Of a stretch of DNA of 64,000 nucleotides, positions 25,101 through 39,077 are shown piece by piece (the first letter of the stretch is position 1; every line of letters starts with the position of its first letter). The DNA is from Octopus vulgaris (lineage: Eukaryota). The position numbers were made by a program, and so were the translations under genes. The notes under the pieces were generated by a model that had not been told where the DNA came from, did not search any database, and saw only the letters and a program-made list of their open reading frames with translations. The stretch spans positions 77,376,001-77,440,000 of the forward strand of contig OX597818.1 in assembly GCA_951406725.2 (NCBI GenBank). Reading direction: 5' to 3'.

Positions 25101-26084
25101 ATTTCTAGTATAATTTCGTGGTTTTGGATGACAGTAGAAGAAAAGAACTTGACTAGCAAAGAAGCCTTTGTGGATATTGATTCATATGAAATTGTTTTAC
25201 ACTATTGTTGTACATTTCATTTCCCATCATTCCTTCTTTATTACGTGAGCTCTCACATCATGCATACACATAACTTCAGTTAAAATAGGTCTAAATAGGT
25301 AAATTACTGAAAGTATACTGTAACATGAACAGAAAATAGATTCCTGTAATAATACAAGAAAACTGATACTTTTACATTTGTTTACACTAAAAAGTTTTAG
25401 TTTCCCTGTTCATGCCTCATGCACATTCAGTTTTCATCAGATTTGTATGTTTGAATGCGTGTGTGTGTGTGTGTAGCTGGAGTGTGTGTGTGTAGCTGGG
25501 GTGTGTGTATGTGTGTATATATATATATTCACATAAAGATGTATGTATATATGTATGTATGTATATCAATAGATAGATTATATATATTCTTTGAATGTCC
25601 TCTTTTCTATGCATGCTCACATGTGCTGAATAGAATATGTTGAGTTATGATGACCAGATGCCCTTCCTGTCACCAACCCTTCTTGTTTCCAAGTGAGGTA
25701 ATATTACCAGACATGATTTCATAGAAGATTGGAAACAAAAGATACCACCACTTTCATGATGGAGACATTTGTGTGCAATTGTCATGCTGTGTTAAGGCAA
25801 GAAGACAGTAAAACACACACACACACACCCCTTTTAGTTTCCATATCCACTCAGTAAACTTTAGTCAGGCTGGAACTATAGTAGAAGACACTTGGCTAAT
25901 GTGCCACACAGTAGCACTGAACCTGAAAACATTTGGTTAGAAAAGAAACACAGGTGTGCACACACACAACTATATATTTTATGTGTATGGAAGGTCAAGT
26001 AAACATCAGAGAAGCTCAGTTCCATGCAGAAACTGCAAGAGCTTCTAAGGGGTTTTGCATGCTCTTCTAAATCCATTGCAATGC

Positions 26085-26660
26085 TGGAAACCTTTCCATA
26101 TCATCAGCAGGTATCTCTGGGTCACAAGTGTTTTGCCCCTAGCCTGTGTGCTTCACCTGAGTGGAGCAGTGCAGATTGAGCTAGTCTTCCTCTATGGAAG
26201 AGTTCAACTTGTAGTCTTTTATCAACCATAGCTATCTTGAGCTAGTTTCAGCTGCCGTGCCTATTTCCTTGATGACTTTCTTTAGTTGTCTGGTTTCCAG
26301 ACCTATCATCTACAGGAGTATAGCTCACTGATCTTGATAGAGAGTTGTGGCAGCTGAATGAGGATTTGAAGAATGAGACTGCATGCCAGCTCCTGACTTG
26401 GGCCTCATTGACTAAGTCCTGATATTTTGACTTCTTTACATGGTGGGAAATATTGAGTCTGTCCTAGGACACTGTGAGTTCGATCATGATGATTGTTTTT
26501 GTATTCCTGGAGAGCTGGAACATTTCTGGTTGGAGTGATGTTACCACTATCTCCTGGGAAGACAAGCCAAGCCTGTCCCTGTGGTCCACTTGCATCTCTC
26601 AGTCTGAGGTTGAACCCTTGTTTTAACATTATGTGGTAGTTGTAAATGAGCATCATCTCC
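26085..26660 (-). pseudogene. Degraded 3' end of an R2/Hero-like (restriction-like endonuclease clade) non-LTR retrotransposon
   Basis: Minus-strand translation gives ALQEYKNNHHDRTHSVL (RHD-like motif) and IKEIGTAAETSSR*LWLIK, resembling the Hero C-terminal AAE.AS.WLW.KR. Followed by a TGACCC...CTGATGAT tail. Recognised from memory of the family. Confidence 0.55.
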
Positions 26661-26815
26661 AGTCCTCAATGAAAAACATTCTGGTCATGGGAAATATTAC
26701 TTTGTTCTTGGAAACAAGTGTGAGTTGGCAACGAAGTCATCTGGCTGTAGAAAATCTGCCTCAACAACTACTGTCTGCTTCATAGAAGCATTGAAGTGTA
26801 GATGGTAATTGATGA

Positions 26816-26898
<83 letters not shown>

Positions 26899-27909
26899 TG
26901 GTAATATGCCCCATGCATGTACTCTTGTGTCACTGTTCAGTGTATGCTATTCTTTGACCCAATTTCATTTCTTAGTTCATTTCAGTTACTTTATCTTGGA
27001 TGAAAGATATGAATTTCTCACTTATCACTTCTATTAGATTATACACTTAACTGTATAAGGTAGTGAGAAAAACCACATATTGCTGTCGAATTAATAGAAC
27101 AGCCAGAGAGTGGAAACAGTTCATTTGTGAGCTTGATTTTGTAGTATGTTTGTAACTAAATGTTTGTCAATCAGTTCAATGTTGCTGCTTTGGCTGTGGT
27201 GAAACATATTTGTGTGTAACAGCATCACAGTGTCCTACATATGTGAGCAGTACTCTGGAGGCCTTGCTTTACATTTTGTAGTGAGTCAGCAACTAATAAA
27301 TGGCCCAAGATGGCCCTGAAGTGGAAGCTTAATTGCTTGGATGTAATCTTGGTTATGCTATATACATGAGGCCGTCTTGAAAGAAAATCAGAGATTTTAA
27401 GGTTTGGCATTTGTATTGATTTTGAGGGTTTTACTTGTGTGTTGTTGGTGAATAGAGAAGGTGATGTACAAAACTGTTTCTTGGAAGGACATAGTAAGTG
27501 GGGGGCAAGCTTTTTGTGTGTCTCTTTATGAAGAGTTTGATGTTTACATAGACTCTGTGTATGTCTAAGTTGTGTGGATACTTGTATGCAAGATGTTAAA
27601 GAGTGCAGGCTAGTGTGTGTGTGTGTGTGCATATACAAGTAGATATTTTAATTTTTTATTTGTTTCAGTCATCAGACTGAACCAAGGATATTAGTCTTGC
27701 AAGAGTGACCTCACTAGTGCCATGAATAAAAGCACCCAGTACATGTGATAAAGGTGTTGGTATTAAGAAGGGTACCCAGCTATAGAAACCATGCCAAAGC
27801 AGACAGGAGTATGATGCAGCCTTCAGACCTATCACACTGTCCAACTCATGTGAGTATAAATGTGAACATTAGATGATGAAGATTGTAAGTACATGTGTGT
27901 GTGTGTGTG

Positions 27910-27996
<87 letters not shown>

Positions 27997-28069
27997 GCAG
28001 AAGGGGGAGAGGGATAGGTAGATAAATATATTTACATATACACACATTTATATTTTCATGTTTATACTA

Positions 28070-28376
28070 CTTTTACTACTGTGAGTTCCACCTGTGAGTG
28101 TATTGGGTTTTTAGGCAATTTATGCCTGAAAAATGATGGAATTTGTACATCTGTATGTTGGCTTCCTGTCATAGCATGTGTGGTAGGTAGAAAATACGAT
28201 GAAAGTGGTGGAGAGAAGAAACAAGGAGATTTTTTTTCCTTTTTATCATATCTTTTCCCTATTGCCACACTCTATAACAGGAAACCTTTATATTGGTGTG
28301 CCAGTTCTGTCATTTTTCAGTCATGACCTGCCTGGTGATCATGTGAACCCACAGTTGGAACTCAGAGTAGCAAGAG
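28070..28376. mobile_element. Fold-back / MITE-like element with long imperfect inverted arms
   Basis: CTACTGTGAGTTCCACCTGTGAGT vs ACCCACAGTTGGAACTCAGAGTAG, TATGCCTGAAAAATGA vs TCATTTTTCAGTCATG, GGCTTCCTGT vs ACAGGAAACC. Confidence 0.75.
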
Positions 28377-28483
28377 ACTGACTTAACCAAAATAAAGTAT
28401 ACTAATAATCTCTATTATGGTATTGAGTACTCTTTTTTCTGACTGTCAGCGTTAAATGTGTATACACATATATGTATATATAT

Positions 28484-29138
28484 GTGAATGTAGGTATAAG
28501 CAAATTAAATAGATCAATATATAAAGTATATTGCATACATGAAATACAAAAATTTATAAATGCATACATATGAAAAGGTCCAACTTACACAGAATACAAA
28601 TGATATAGAGAATTAAAGGGGTGAAGGAAAAAAAATTACAAATCCTACAGCTGTTTCTGGGGGGGCTTGGCGGTTTATAGATTGATTCCATCATAAGATG
28701 AGATGAGCCTCTGTCTTCATCCATTCATCACCTCTTCTCCCTACTTTCTACTACTACTACTTAATAGCCTCTTTATTAACCCCTCACTCTAGAACTGTTT
28801 TCTCCTCTCACTATCCCCTACCTCCCCTTCCCCCACAGTTCTCCCCTCTAATACACTTAGCTTTCCACATTCAATCATTCCATCTTTTCCCTGAAGATGG
28901 GTCTCATCTCATCTTATGATGGAATCAGTCTACATACATTATTATGGACCTCCAAGTCCCTAGAAACTGCTGTTGGATTTGTAATTCTTTTCCTCCACCC
29001 CTTTAATTCATTATATCATTTGTACTCTGTGTAAGTTGGACCTTTTCATATGTATGCATTTATACATTTTTTTGTATTTCAGGTATTTAATATACTTTAT
29101 ATATTGATCTGTCTAATTCGCTTATCCCTACATTTACT
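28484..29138. mobile_element. Long inverted repeat (~240-bp arms, 28484-28719 / 28892-29138), Penelope-like inverted pLTR arrangement
   Basis: The arms are reverse complements (ATAAATGCATACATATGAAAAGGTCCAACTTACACAGA / TCTGTGTAAGTTGGACCTTTTCATATGTATGCATTTAT) and carry (C)TGAAGA...GAAAC hammerhead-like boxes. Confidence 0.75.
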
Positions 29139-29219
29139 TCTGTACCTGCTCAAGCTTAAATCTTTTGAGTACTACTAAGTGTATTCTATATGGAGAATAT
29201 CTGAATTTCATCTATGAAC

Positions 29220-29290
<71 letters not shown>

Positions 29291-29459
29291 TTGTATGCAT
29301 GTATGTAGTCATGATAAAATACTCCCATGCCTAGCTGTAAAGTAGTGCAGGAATAAAGGATAGAGATAGGATAAAAATCCTTTCTGAGTTATGGATCCTA
29401 TGAGTTCATAGAGCTAGTTTCCTGGTTTCTATGACAACTATTTTTTTCCTCAAATGAAA

Positions 29460-30168
29460 GGCGTGACCTCTAGGACAAAATTCCTCATCTATAAAATGTG
29501 GCCCCAGTAGACCCGAATGAAATCGGGTTATATTAACCAAAATGTGAAAAGGGGTCTAAATGGGGCTGGAAGAGGATTAAAATTTAAAGGAGCGAGTGTT
29601 TAGGAATCCTGTTACATCAAGCTAAAAAATTTGCGCCAGCCTTTTAATCGTCAATGTGTTGCCGTCCATGATGAAGAAGTTTTGAATGCTTGCCATGGTG
29701 AGTCTACTGTCGTGAGAAAGAATCACTTCAAAACTTGGTGTTTACGATTTTTCTTTTACATCAAGTTCAAAATTTTACGCCAGCCGTTAAACTGTCAATA
29801 TGTTGCTGTCCGTCGTTAAGAAAAGCCAGCCATGGTGACTCTACTATCCTCACATTCTATCCCTTCAATCTTTGGTTTCCAATATTTTATTATTTTTATT
29901 CAGCTCGCAAGTTCGTCTGTCCCTTTTAAATGTTAGCGTTTTGCTGTCTGCCTTGAAGCAGACCTTTCCGTTGCCACTGCCTGATATTTATGATTGATCT
30001 TTCTAAATATTTTATTTCTCAACTTACTCAAGATCTTTTGTTGTTTATAAATGGGAGAGAGATAGATAAAGATAGAGAGTAAGAGAAAGCGAGGGAGAGT
30101 CCGAGAGAAAAGAAAAGTAAGATAGTGGGAAAGTGAGAGAGAAAGGAGAGAGAAACAAAGAGGGAGAA
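29460..30168. repeat. CpG-retaining unclassified repeat fragment with an internal ~145-bp-period duplication
   Basis: TTGCGCCAGCC..GTCAATGTGTTGCCGTCC..GCCATGGTGAGTCTACT (29631-29709) recurs as TTACGCCAGCC..GTCAATATGTTGCTGTCC..GCCATGGTGACTCTACT (29776-29846). Confidence 0.55.
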
Positions 30169-31195
30169 TCATCATCATCATTTATTGTCCGTTTTCCGTG
30201 CTAGCATGGGTTGGTGCAGCGGCAACGATCGGTTGGTGCTTTTTACGTGCCACCGGCACAGAAGCCAGTCAAGGCGACGCTGCAATCGGCCACGTTCGGA
30301 TGGTGCTTTTTACGTGCTGAAAGGAAGCAACAGAAAGTAACAACCACACTCTTACCTGTGCATAGAGCGGATCACCTTCAGCTAGTCTACTTATTAAAAC
30401 TGAGCATTTCATTGTTACTTGAATTTCATGCTTGGGTATTGATTACTTTAATGAACGACAACTAATTATTATGCATATTTCAACTTTGTCTTCCATCCTT
30501 CTAGGGTTAATGAAATATGTACCACTTGAGCACCGGAGTTGATGTAATTGACTTACCCCGCCACCCCCCCCGAAATTTCTGGCTTTGTGCCAAAATTTGA
30601 AACCCTTACTATAATACAAATTTTCAAAAGACTTGTTTAATGCACAAGTTTTGATATGTTTCCACTTTTGGATTGTGCCAGTATTAAATGAGACAACTGA
30701 GAACCTTTTTAGTATCATTTAACTTCAAGTCTGTTCAAACAATACTTTACAATAAGAAAGGAAATATATGATTAAATAGTGTAATCGTAGATGTTCTGTC
30801 TAAATATATATATATATATATATATAATAAAAGCCACTCACTTGCTCACAGCTGAGATATGTTCGATCATAGAGCTATTGAATCGGGGCTGGCTCAAAAA
30901 CAATTCACAAATTGATATTGTTCATGCTATGAGAGATCTGTTGTTATATTACTTAATTATAAGAGCATTAGATTTCTTTATTCCTTTGTTTGTTTCAATC
31001 ACTTGACAAGAGCCATGCTGTAGTACCACCGTAAATGATTTAGTCAAATAGACTCCTGTCCTTTTTTATATTTTCAAGTCTGGTACTTATTCTGTCAGTT
31101 TTTTTTGCGAAACTGCTAAGTTACTGGGATGTAAAGAAAGCAATATGGCTTGTCAAGTGGTGATGCAATAAACAGAAATTCACACACACACACAT

Positions 31196-31470
31196 GTATC
31201 ATCATCATCATTGTCTGCTTTAACGTCTACTTTCCATGCTGGCGGGAGTTGGACAGTTTGACTAAGAACTAGCAAGCCAGAAGGCCGTACCAGGCTCCAG
31301 TCTGATCTGGCAAGGTTTCTACAGCTTGATGCCCTTCCTAACGCCAACCACTCGGAGAGTGTAGTGGTGCTTTTTATGTGCCAGTCAGGCGGTCCTGGCA
31401 TTGACCACGCTTGAATGATGCTTTTTACGTGCCGCCAGCACAGCAGCTAGTCAGGTGGCACTGGCAACAG
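31196..31470 (-). mobile_element. RTE 3'-UTR/tail copy nested in a family A SINE (31000-31630)
   Basis: Reverse complement matches the LINE 3' UTR at 59100-59292, including the (GAT)n tail. Confidence 0.8.
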
Positions 31471-34400
31471 CTGTGTGTGTGTATGCACGTGATGGGCTTA
31501 GGACAGTTTCCATCCATAAGTCATTGGTCATCTTGGGGCAATAGTAGAAGATACTTGCCTAAGGCACCATATTGTGGTGTCTGAAACCACATATTTGTAA
31601 AGTAATCACACTGCATTGCCTGCACCTGTATGATAAATAAATAAAGGAAAGTAACACAGTTGATATTCCAACCTCGATTGATGAATACCAATTTTTATTT
31701 TTAGCTTATTGATATGAGACATTCTTAGTGTTTATCTGACAAGGTTTAAAGCAGGCTAAAGATGGTAAAATTTGGCTTCTGGAAAAACAGCTTTTGTTTT
31801 TAATTATATTTCTACTTAGTATGCACATAAACACATAGACAAATGTATACACAATTTTGTCAAAATTTATTGAAGAATAACTAATTATGGAGAATTTTTT
31901 TAGGAAGTTATCATTATCAACATTTTAGTGTCCACTTTTCCTGGCTCACAGGGATCAGACAGAATTTGTTGGGGTGGATTTTTCTATGACTGGATGCCTT
32001 TCTTATCACCAACTGTTAACTGTTTCCTACTAAGATGATATTTCCCCATAACCAGATGTGTTCTTTCACTGAAGTTTGGAAATGAATGACACTACATGCA
32101 TAGCAGTAGTAACATCCATTTTACAACTTGCACATGAAGTCAAGGTAAGGTAACAGCAACACACACATGCACACACACATACACATATGGCAGGGTTCCA
32201 CATAGTTTCCTTCTATCAAATTCATTCACAAAGCATTAATTAACCTGGGACCATAGTAGAAGGCATCTGCCCAAGGTGTCACTTGATGGAATTGAACCTG
32301 AAACCATGTGATTGGGAAAGCCTCAACAAGTTTGAAATTGTACAAAGGGAAAATGAGACTTCTTCAGATATTTTAATTCCATAGGCATGGCAATAGTTAA
32401 GGTTTTTTTTCTTTGTAACCAATTGGAAACATGAGGGTTGGCTACAGGAAGAACATTCAGTCTTAGAAAATCTGCCTCAAGAAATTACATTTGCCCCATG
32501 TGAGCATGGAAAAGTGTTCATTAAAATGATTGACAATAATGACTTTCTACAGGAACTCTGAAATAATTTCTCAATATTCCAAAGAAATATCTTATGTATA
32601 AAATATTTCAAAAATTTCCATTATATTATATTTGTTTTGTGTGCATTCATATTTACTACATTGATTCTAATCACCTTCCCTGCATAATATTGCTGTTCCT
32701 ATCTCAGAAGTTAAAAAGCTAAAGATTCTTACAGTCATGTGTATATATGTCTGTCTCTTTTTTTAATCTTTTATTTTTATTATTTTTTTAATTTTCTTTT
32801 ATTTTTGCTTTTTTTGGTGTGATCTACTTTAGTGAAATATTTACAACATATCTTTGAGACATGTTTGAAATTCCTTACTTTCCCTGGTTCTCTAGAAGTA
32901 TGTAATGAAAAAAATATTTTTTTCCCTTTTTCTTTTTTACCATGTGTGATAAATAACCTGGTGCTAATATGTTGCTTCCTCTTGCATCATAAGCATTATA
33001 TGGATGGAATAATCTGCTCACACATTTCTTTAGCTCTTGGATTGGCAGCTGTTTAAGTTAGCATCTCTCTTGTTTTTTTTATTTGTTTTTATTTTTCTTT
33101 GTATTTGTTCATACCTAGAACCTTATATAACTTGGGACTTGCTGTGCAATGAAAAAATCAAGAATAAAATAACTGAAAAATCTGGAATATAACTCTTGTA
33201 ATGATACACAAATAAATAAATAAAATTTTGTTTTGCTTGAATAAGAGACAAGAAAATAAGTTAGAAAGAATGGCTGTGATAGAATACTTGGTTTGTTGAC
33301 TCAGGTTCTATTTGAAATACTAAAATGCCTTTCGATGTTTATTCTGGCTCTTTATGTTCTGAGTTCAAACCCTGCTGAGGTCAGCTTTGCTTTTCATCCT
33401 TCTGAGTTTGGGAAAATAAAGTATGAGCTAAGTACTAGGGTTGATATGATTGACTATACTACATTTTGGCTGCTTGTCTGTCTGTGGAATGATTAACTAT
33501 TTAAAGAATATCATGTCTTTTTTTTACTACTCTGTGACTCAAAGAAATACAACTTCTTATCACAGACATTGGGTTTAGGGACTTTTTATGCTTGTTTGAT
33601 CTGTTAGATGTAGCAGCCAATTTTCATTCAAATAACATTTTTGTGTCTTTAGAAGAATAACATATAGAATTATGTAGTCCAAGATAGACTGTCTGGAGAA
33701 AAAAAAAAAAAAGAAAATATTTGGGATTATGGTAAAATACATTTGAACATAAGTCTGTTTGATCTAGCTGATCTGAAGCTGAGCTATATGTTCTCTTTTT
33801 TTTTTGTTCTACAGTAAACTTCCTGCCATTTTATTTAGTTTTCATGCTCATTTAATAAATCTGTCTGTGTCTTGTGTAGCAATGATAACTTTTTGAGAAA
33901 CCAGAATATTCCCTTTTTCTACTGAAAGTTGTATTCCATGCACAGGCATGGCTTCTTGATTAAGAAGCTTGCTTTGCAACCATGTGATTTGAGGTTCAGT
34001 CCCATTGCATGGCACTTTGGCTGTTTTCTACTATAACCTCAATTTGGTAGACATAAACTGAAAGCAGCCCGTTACATGTATGTGTGTAGGAATACTTTTG
34101 CCATGATATCATGTACTGATTATAAATGAACATCACCATCATATAAGTGATCATGTTTTGTTTCCAGTTATCTGGCCATGGCAAAAAATTACTTTGCTTG
34201 GAAATAGGTGAGGGTTGCGGACAATAAAGGAAATGAATTTTGTCTGGCATGTGAACTTTTAACGATGACGATGAAAACCTTTTTGTAGAATATGAGTTAA
34301 ACACCCAAAATCTGAATCCAGCCTATCAACTGTTATGCCATAATAGTTACATTAGCCTGAAATGATGGAGAATCAAACTGTATGACTTTACTTCTGAAGG

Positions 34401-36499
34401 ATTGACTTATTAATGAAGTCAGTTTACATCGTGTGTTCTTATATATTAACATTCTCTTGTTACACTATTATGCTCTGTCAAAGTTTAGTCATTACAACTG
34501 AGAAAGCAGGATTGGTTCTGTATATATGTTTATATATATATCTTAGCATATAGTTGTCATGTCATTTTTTACTAGATTGAAACCCCACAAAAAAAAGATA
34601 AATGAAGAACAATCTTACAAAAATCTCCTAGAGGACCTTTTTGTACTTCTTCAACAACTTTTCTGATAGCATTTTCTGCTACTTAACTTAAATACTTTCT
34701 TTTTGTTAGTAGGTGCTTTACAGTAACACTACTTACTAATATACATGCTTGTTTTTTTAACCCCAGTTCTTCTTTGATTTAATAGAACTATGACCATCCT
34801 GTCTTTTTGTATATTGTACTAGATGTCTTTCCTTTTTGAAGATGGTAGGGTGTGACTTGTGGAAATTTGGGTGCTACTTCTAGTATGTCAAATGACAATG
34901 TAGAAAGATTTCAGTAGCTTAGTTTATATATATATATATATGTATTTATATATAATGTACATACGTTCTTGTTAGCTTTGGTCATTGCCTCAATTATAAT
35001 ATGGAATTACTAATTATAAACTCTTTATCTTAATTAGAGATGACACACCTCAGGGATAGATTGTTACCAATGGGGCTTTCTGGTGTTGTTGAACTGGCTA
35101 ACATACCATCTAGTGCTCACCCAAAGTTATGTTTATTTGTGTTTCTGTTTCCAATCCCTTTAACATGTACAACTTAGGATGGTCAGAACTGAAAAGTTAT
35201 GCAAACATAGTGTTAAAATGACTATTATTGGCTCAGTAGCAGAACACCAGACTAGACTATGTGTAGAAATTATGTAGGGATGTCATTCCCAGGAAATGAT
35301 AATTAAATAATCATATACTCAATGAAGTGTGCCAGAAAACATCGGTTAATTAAAACTGACTTTGCAGTGAAACATAAAATTCAGTGACCAAATGTTAATG
35401 GAATCTAATTAAGGCAAAGGTGTGACAACTCTGAAATTTTAATTAAATTTGAATTAACATGCATGGAGTGGGAGGGAAACAATAACTTGTGGGTTAATGT
35501 TCATTTAAATTGGTCTTGGGTAAATGTAGTTGTTTTGGTTACGTAAGACCTCCTTAGCAAAACATGACATTTTCCAGAGATTGTGTGAAATTGTTTAGTG
35601 TTTATTGAATAACTTGAAATCAGTCTTGATCAGGTATGTTTCTTAATCACACTCTAAAGTCAATAAAATCATCCCCATCATTGTCATTTCAACAACTCCA
35701 AGCAATGTAATACTTCCCTATGGTCCAGTAGGCTTCCATAGAGGATTGGAAATGAATGACACTGCTTGTATGGTGATGCTCATTTACTTGCTTTTCTTTT
35801 TTATATTTTATTTAAGATTGACTGGGTTTATTTAATTGGTGGTAGATTAAACTTGTCACCTGGTTTAACACCATGATCTGGCACCTTCACTGTTTTTAGC
35901 AAGTCTCCACTTTGTTGTAAGCGCCTAGGCAAAGTCTCTGGTTTGAGACTGCATTTCGCCCTCTCTCTCCTTCTACTGAAACCCTGAAAAGGGTCATGGA
36001 CATGACTTTCCCTCCTAACTAACCACAAAAAAAAAAAAATCAAAGTAAAACAAAGAACAATCCTGAATCAATCATATTTGATTTACTGAAATTATGTATT
36101 GGTATGTATACGTCTGAAGTTTTAAGAGAAACTGTTTTAGATGTTATTCAAGACATCATGCAAACTTAGTTAACTTTAATATTAACTTGAGTTTACGTCT
36201 GTCCCTTTATTTCCCAGAATATTAGGGTGCCTGAACAAATAGTTTATACCTAAGTTATAGAGCAGTTTTAAACTTAATTTCACTTTGTTTCTGGTTTGGC
36301 ATTAATAAAATTGGATTTCTAAAGAGACTAATGGAATGATAATGGAAACAGTTTAATAATTTGAAGAGATAGTGTTATTTAAATTTTTTTAGTCTGGAGG
36401 AAAGGCAGCATCCATGACTTCTGATACTGGAAAGAAGGGGGAGGAAGGTATCTTCAAACTGGAAGCCTTGCCCAAATGCTTGTAAGAGAGTGGATTTTG

Positions 36500-37720
36500 C
36501 TAAAGGCACAAAAATGGCAAGTTGCAGTGTTAAACCATGATAGGACTTGAACTTAGAATGCAAAGAGCTGTAACAAACACCACAAGGCATTTACTCCAAC
36601 ATTCTTATTGCATTAAGTTGTTACATCTTTTTATAGTGCCCTAAAGGATGAAAGACAAAGTTGATTTTGGTGGTATTTGAACTTAGAACACATGGAGTCA
36701 GAACAAATACCACAAAGCATTCTATCTAATACTTTAATGACTCTGCCAATTCATATGCTTGTGTATTATTATTATTGAAGCTGGCAGAATTATTAGCACA
36801 TCAGACAAAATGCTTAGTGGCATTTCTTCTGTCCTAACATTCTGAGTTCAGTTGCCACTCAGGTCAACTTTACCTTTCATCCTTTCAGGGTCAGTTAAAT
36901 AAGTACCAACTGAACACTGCGGTCAGTGTAATCAACTTGCCCCCTCCCCTCAAATTGCATGCCTTGTACCAAAATAAGAAAGATTATTTATTTATTTATT
37001 ATTATTAAGGCAGCAAGCTGGCAGAATCATTAGTAAGCCAAGTGAAATGCTTAGCAGCATTCATCCATCTTCACGTTCTGAGTTCAAATTTCACTGATTT
37101 CAACTTTGTTTTTCACCCTTTTGGGGGTTGATCAAAATAAGCACCAATGGAACTCTAGGGTCAGTGTAATTGACTTACTCCTCTCCTGAAATTGTTAGCC
37201 TTGTGCCAAAATTTGAAATCATCATCATCATCATCATTATTATTATTGATTTGACTCAGGTTTGTTCCTATTCCTGGTAGAATTTATGTGGGTAGTTGGT
37301 TACTACTTGTAACCTTAGGTATCCACAAGCTTTCAATAGTCTTTCACGTACTTAAAACTCTTCTAATAATCTTTCCTGTCCCCAAGAGGCAAACTCTCTT
37401 TAGAAGCTCCACAGGACATTCTATTCCAATCTTCTTTCAACCATTTGTCTATATCTTTAATCACCGTTTATTATTATTATTATTAAGGTGGTGAGCTAGC
37501 AGAATCGTTAGTACACTGGGTAAAACGCTTAGTGGTGTTTCATCTGCTGCTACATTCTGAGTTAAAACTCCTCTGAGGTCAACTTTGCTTTTGATCCTTT
37601 TGGAGTCGATAAATTAAGTACCAGTCAAGTACTTGGGTCGATGTAATCAACTATCTCCCTCCTCCAAATTACAGGCCTTGTGCCTATAGTAGAAAGGATT
37701 ATTATTATCATTATTTATTA
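36500..37720. mobile_element. Cluster of family B SINEs (inverted copies 36500-36750; + copies 36778-36985, 37008-37220, 37486-37700)
   Basis: Repeated GCTGGCAGAAT..TTAG..GAGTTCA..AACTTT.C.TTTCA.CCTTT units joined by (ATT)n. Confidence 0.85.
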
Positions 37721-37764
37721 TTATTGTTATTATTGTTGTTGTTGTTGTTGTTATTATTATTATT

Positions 37765-38322
37765 GAGTGAGAGAGCAGTGCATGCCATCAAAGTGACACT
37801 GGGGTAAAATATACGAAGCCCAATATACCCATCATGACTACCCGTCTGATAAGGGTACACCAGGCACATGCATCACAACCATATGTGCGCAACATGGTGA
37901 TCTCATATCAAGATAAACAGCACATGACCTTGCAGGTGGGGCCCAGTTAGAATTTTCTTCAGGTTGAGTAACCCATCCCACTCAAAAGGTCCCTGAATAA
38001 GGGTTGTTTAAGGATGTTGAACAAAGCACCCATGTTTCCAGAGGTGAATTATCCAAACCTCAAAGAATCCCTCTCAACACATGGCTATGATGCTCCCCTA
38101 CTACTTCTGCTCGTGACCAGAGATGCACATATAGTCAGCCACTAAGGGACATGCTCAACTGGTTAAGGTCAAACAACTGACAAGCAAATCTGTGGTATTG
38201 AGCAGAATATTTGCTGTAGCCCATCTTTTATACCAAGACAAAACAATGTACATGATAACACTTCCAATCAGTTAAGATCAGAAGCCATGAGAGCCACTGC
38301 CTGGTACTGCATCAGGGCATTT
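37765..38322. repeat. Interspersed ~560-bp repeat inserted in (ATT)n
   Basis: Flanked by (ATT)n on both sides. A second, inverted copy lies at 2697-2982. Confidence 0.8.
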
Positions 38323-38326
38323 ATTA

Positions 38327-38359
<33 letters not shown>

Positions 38360-39077
38360 GTTAATCTAAAGATGGGAACATAGTTGAGCTACAGAGAAGG
38401 GTTATTTGGAAATTTCAGTAATGGTAATGGTATTTTTATAGATGGAACGGGTCCATGCAGTCAGAAGTTTAGCTTTACCTTCACATGTGAGCAAAAGGAA
38501 AATTAATAACATAAAAGAGTAGCCCTCATTAATTAAGAAAAGCTTCTTGTTTTTGACCTCCTCTCTACTTGATTTGGAAGGTATTTTATTGAATTAAATT
38601 CTTTAAATATTTCTAATACAAATATAATATGCTTGGCAGTGATTCCGAATAAAAAATGACATAGGATAGAGGGGATGGTTTAGTCCTACCTTACACAATC
38701 TCTCTAGTGTTGGTGGCATGATAAAATGCACCCCACCCATGCTGTATCACTTGAATAATTAAAAATTAAGCATAAAGAGGAAAATAGAAATAATATCAGT
38801 ATTTCATTTGTGTCTAGGATTTACGAACTGATAGACTAGTAAAACAGAAATATTTAGTTACTGAAGTACATTTTTGTGTACATCTGTTAATAAAGAACAC
38901 ATTTTTCACATACTTTTTACCCTGCTATGCTCAGTTTTATAGATTAACATCTATAAAATTTGGATTCAGTGATATTTTAGCTATGTCTTTCAGTCTGTAT
39001 AACAAACAAAACTTTTTATGCTTAATATGCAACTCATTAAATATTTTTATATTTACATATTTATTATTATTTTAATT

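Noticed and set aside
24826-25643. Several 60-130 aa ORFs ([12 protein letters not shown] runs), with similar ones at 19673, 20407, 59142 and 63187
   Set aside because: They are translations of dinucleotide microsatellites that lack stop codons.
26095-26140. Minus-strand AAAA-CAC-TT-GTG...CTGATGA resembling a type II hammerhead
   Set aside because: The G of GAAA and the U of the cleavage triplet are missing, and there is no stem II.
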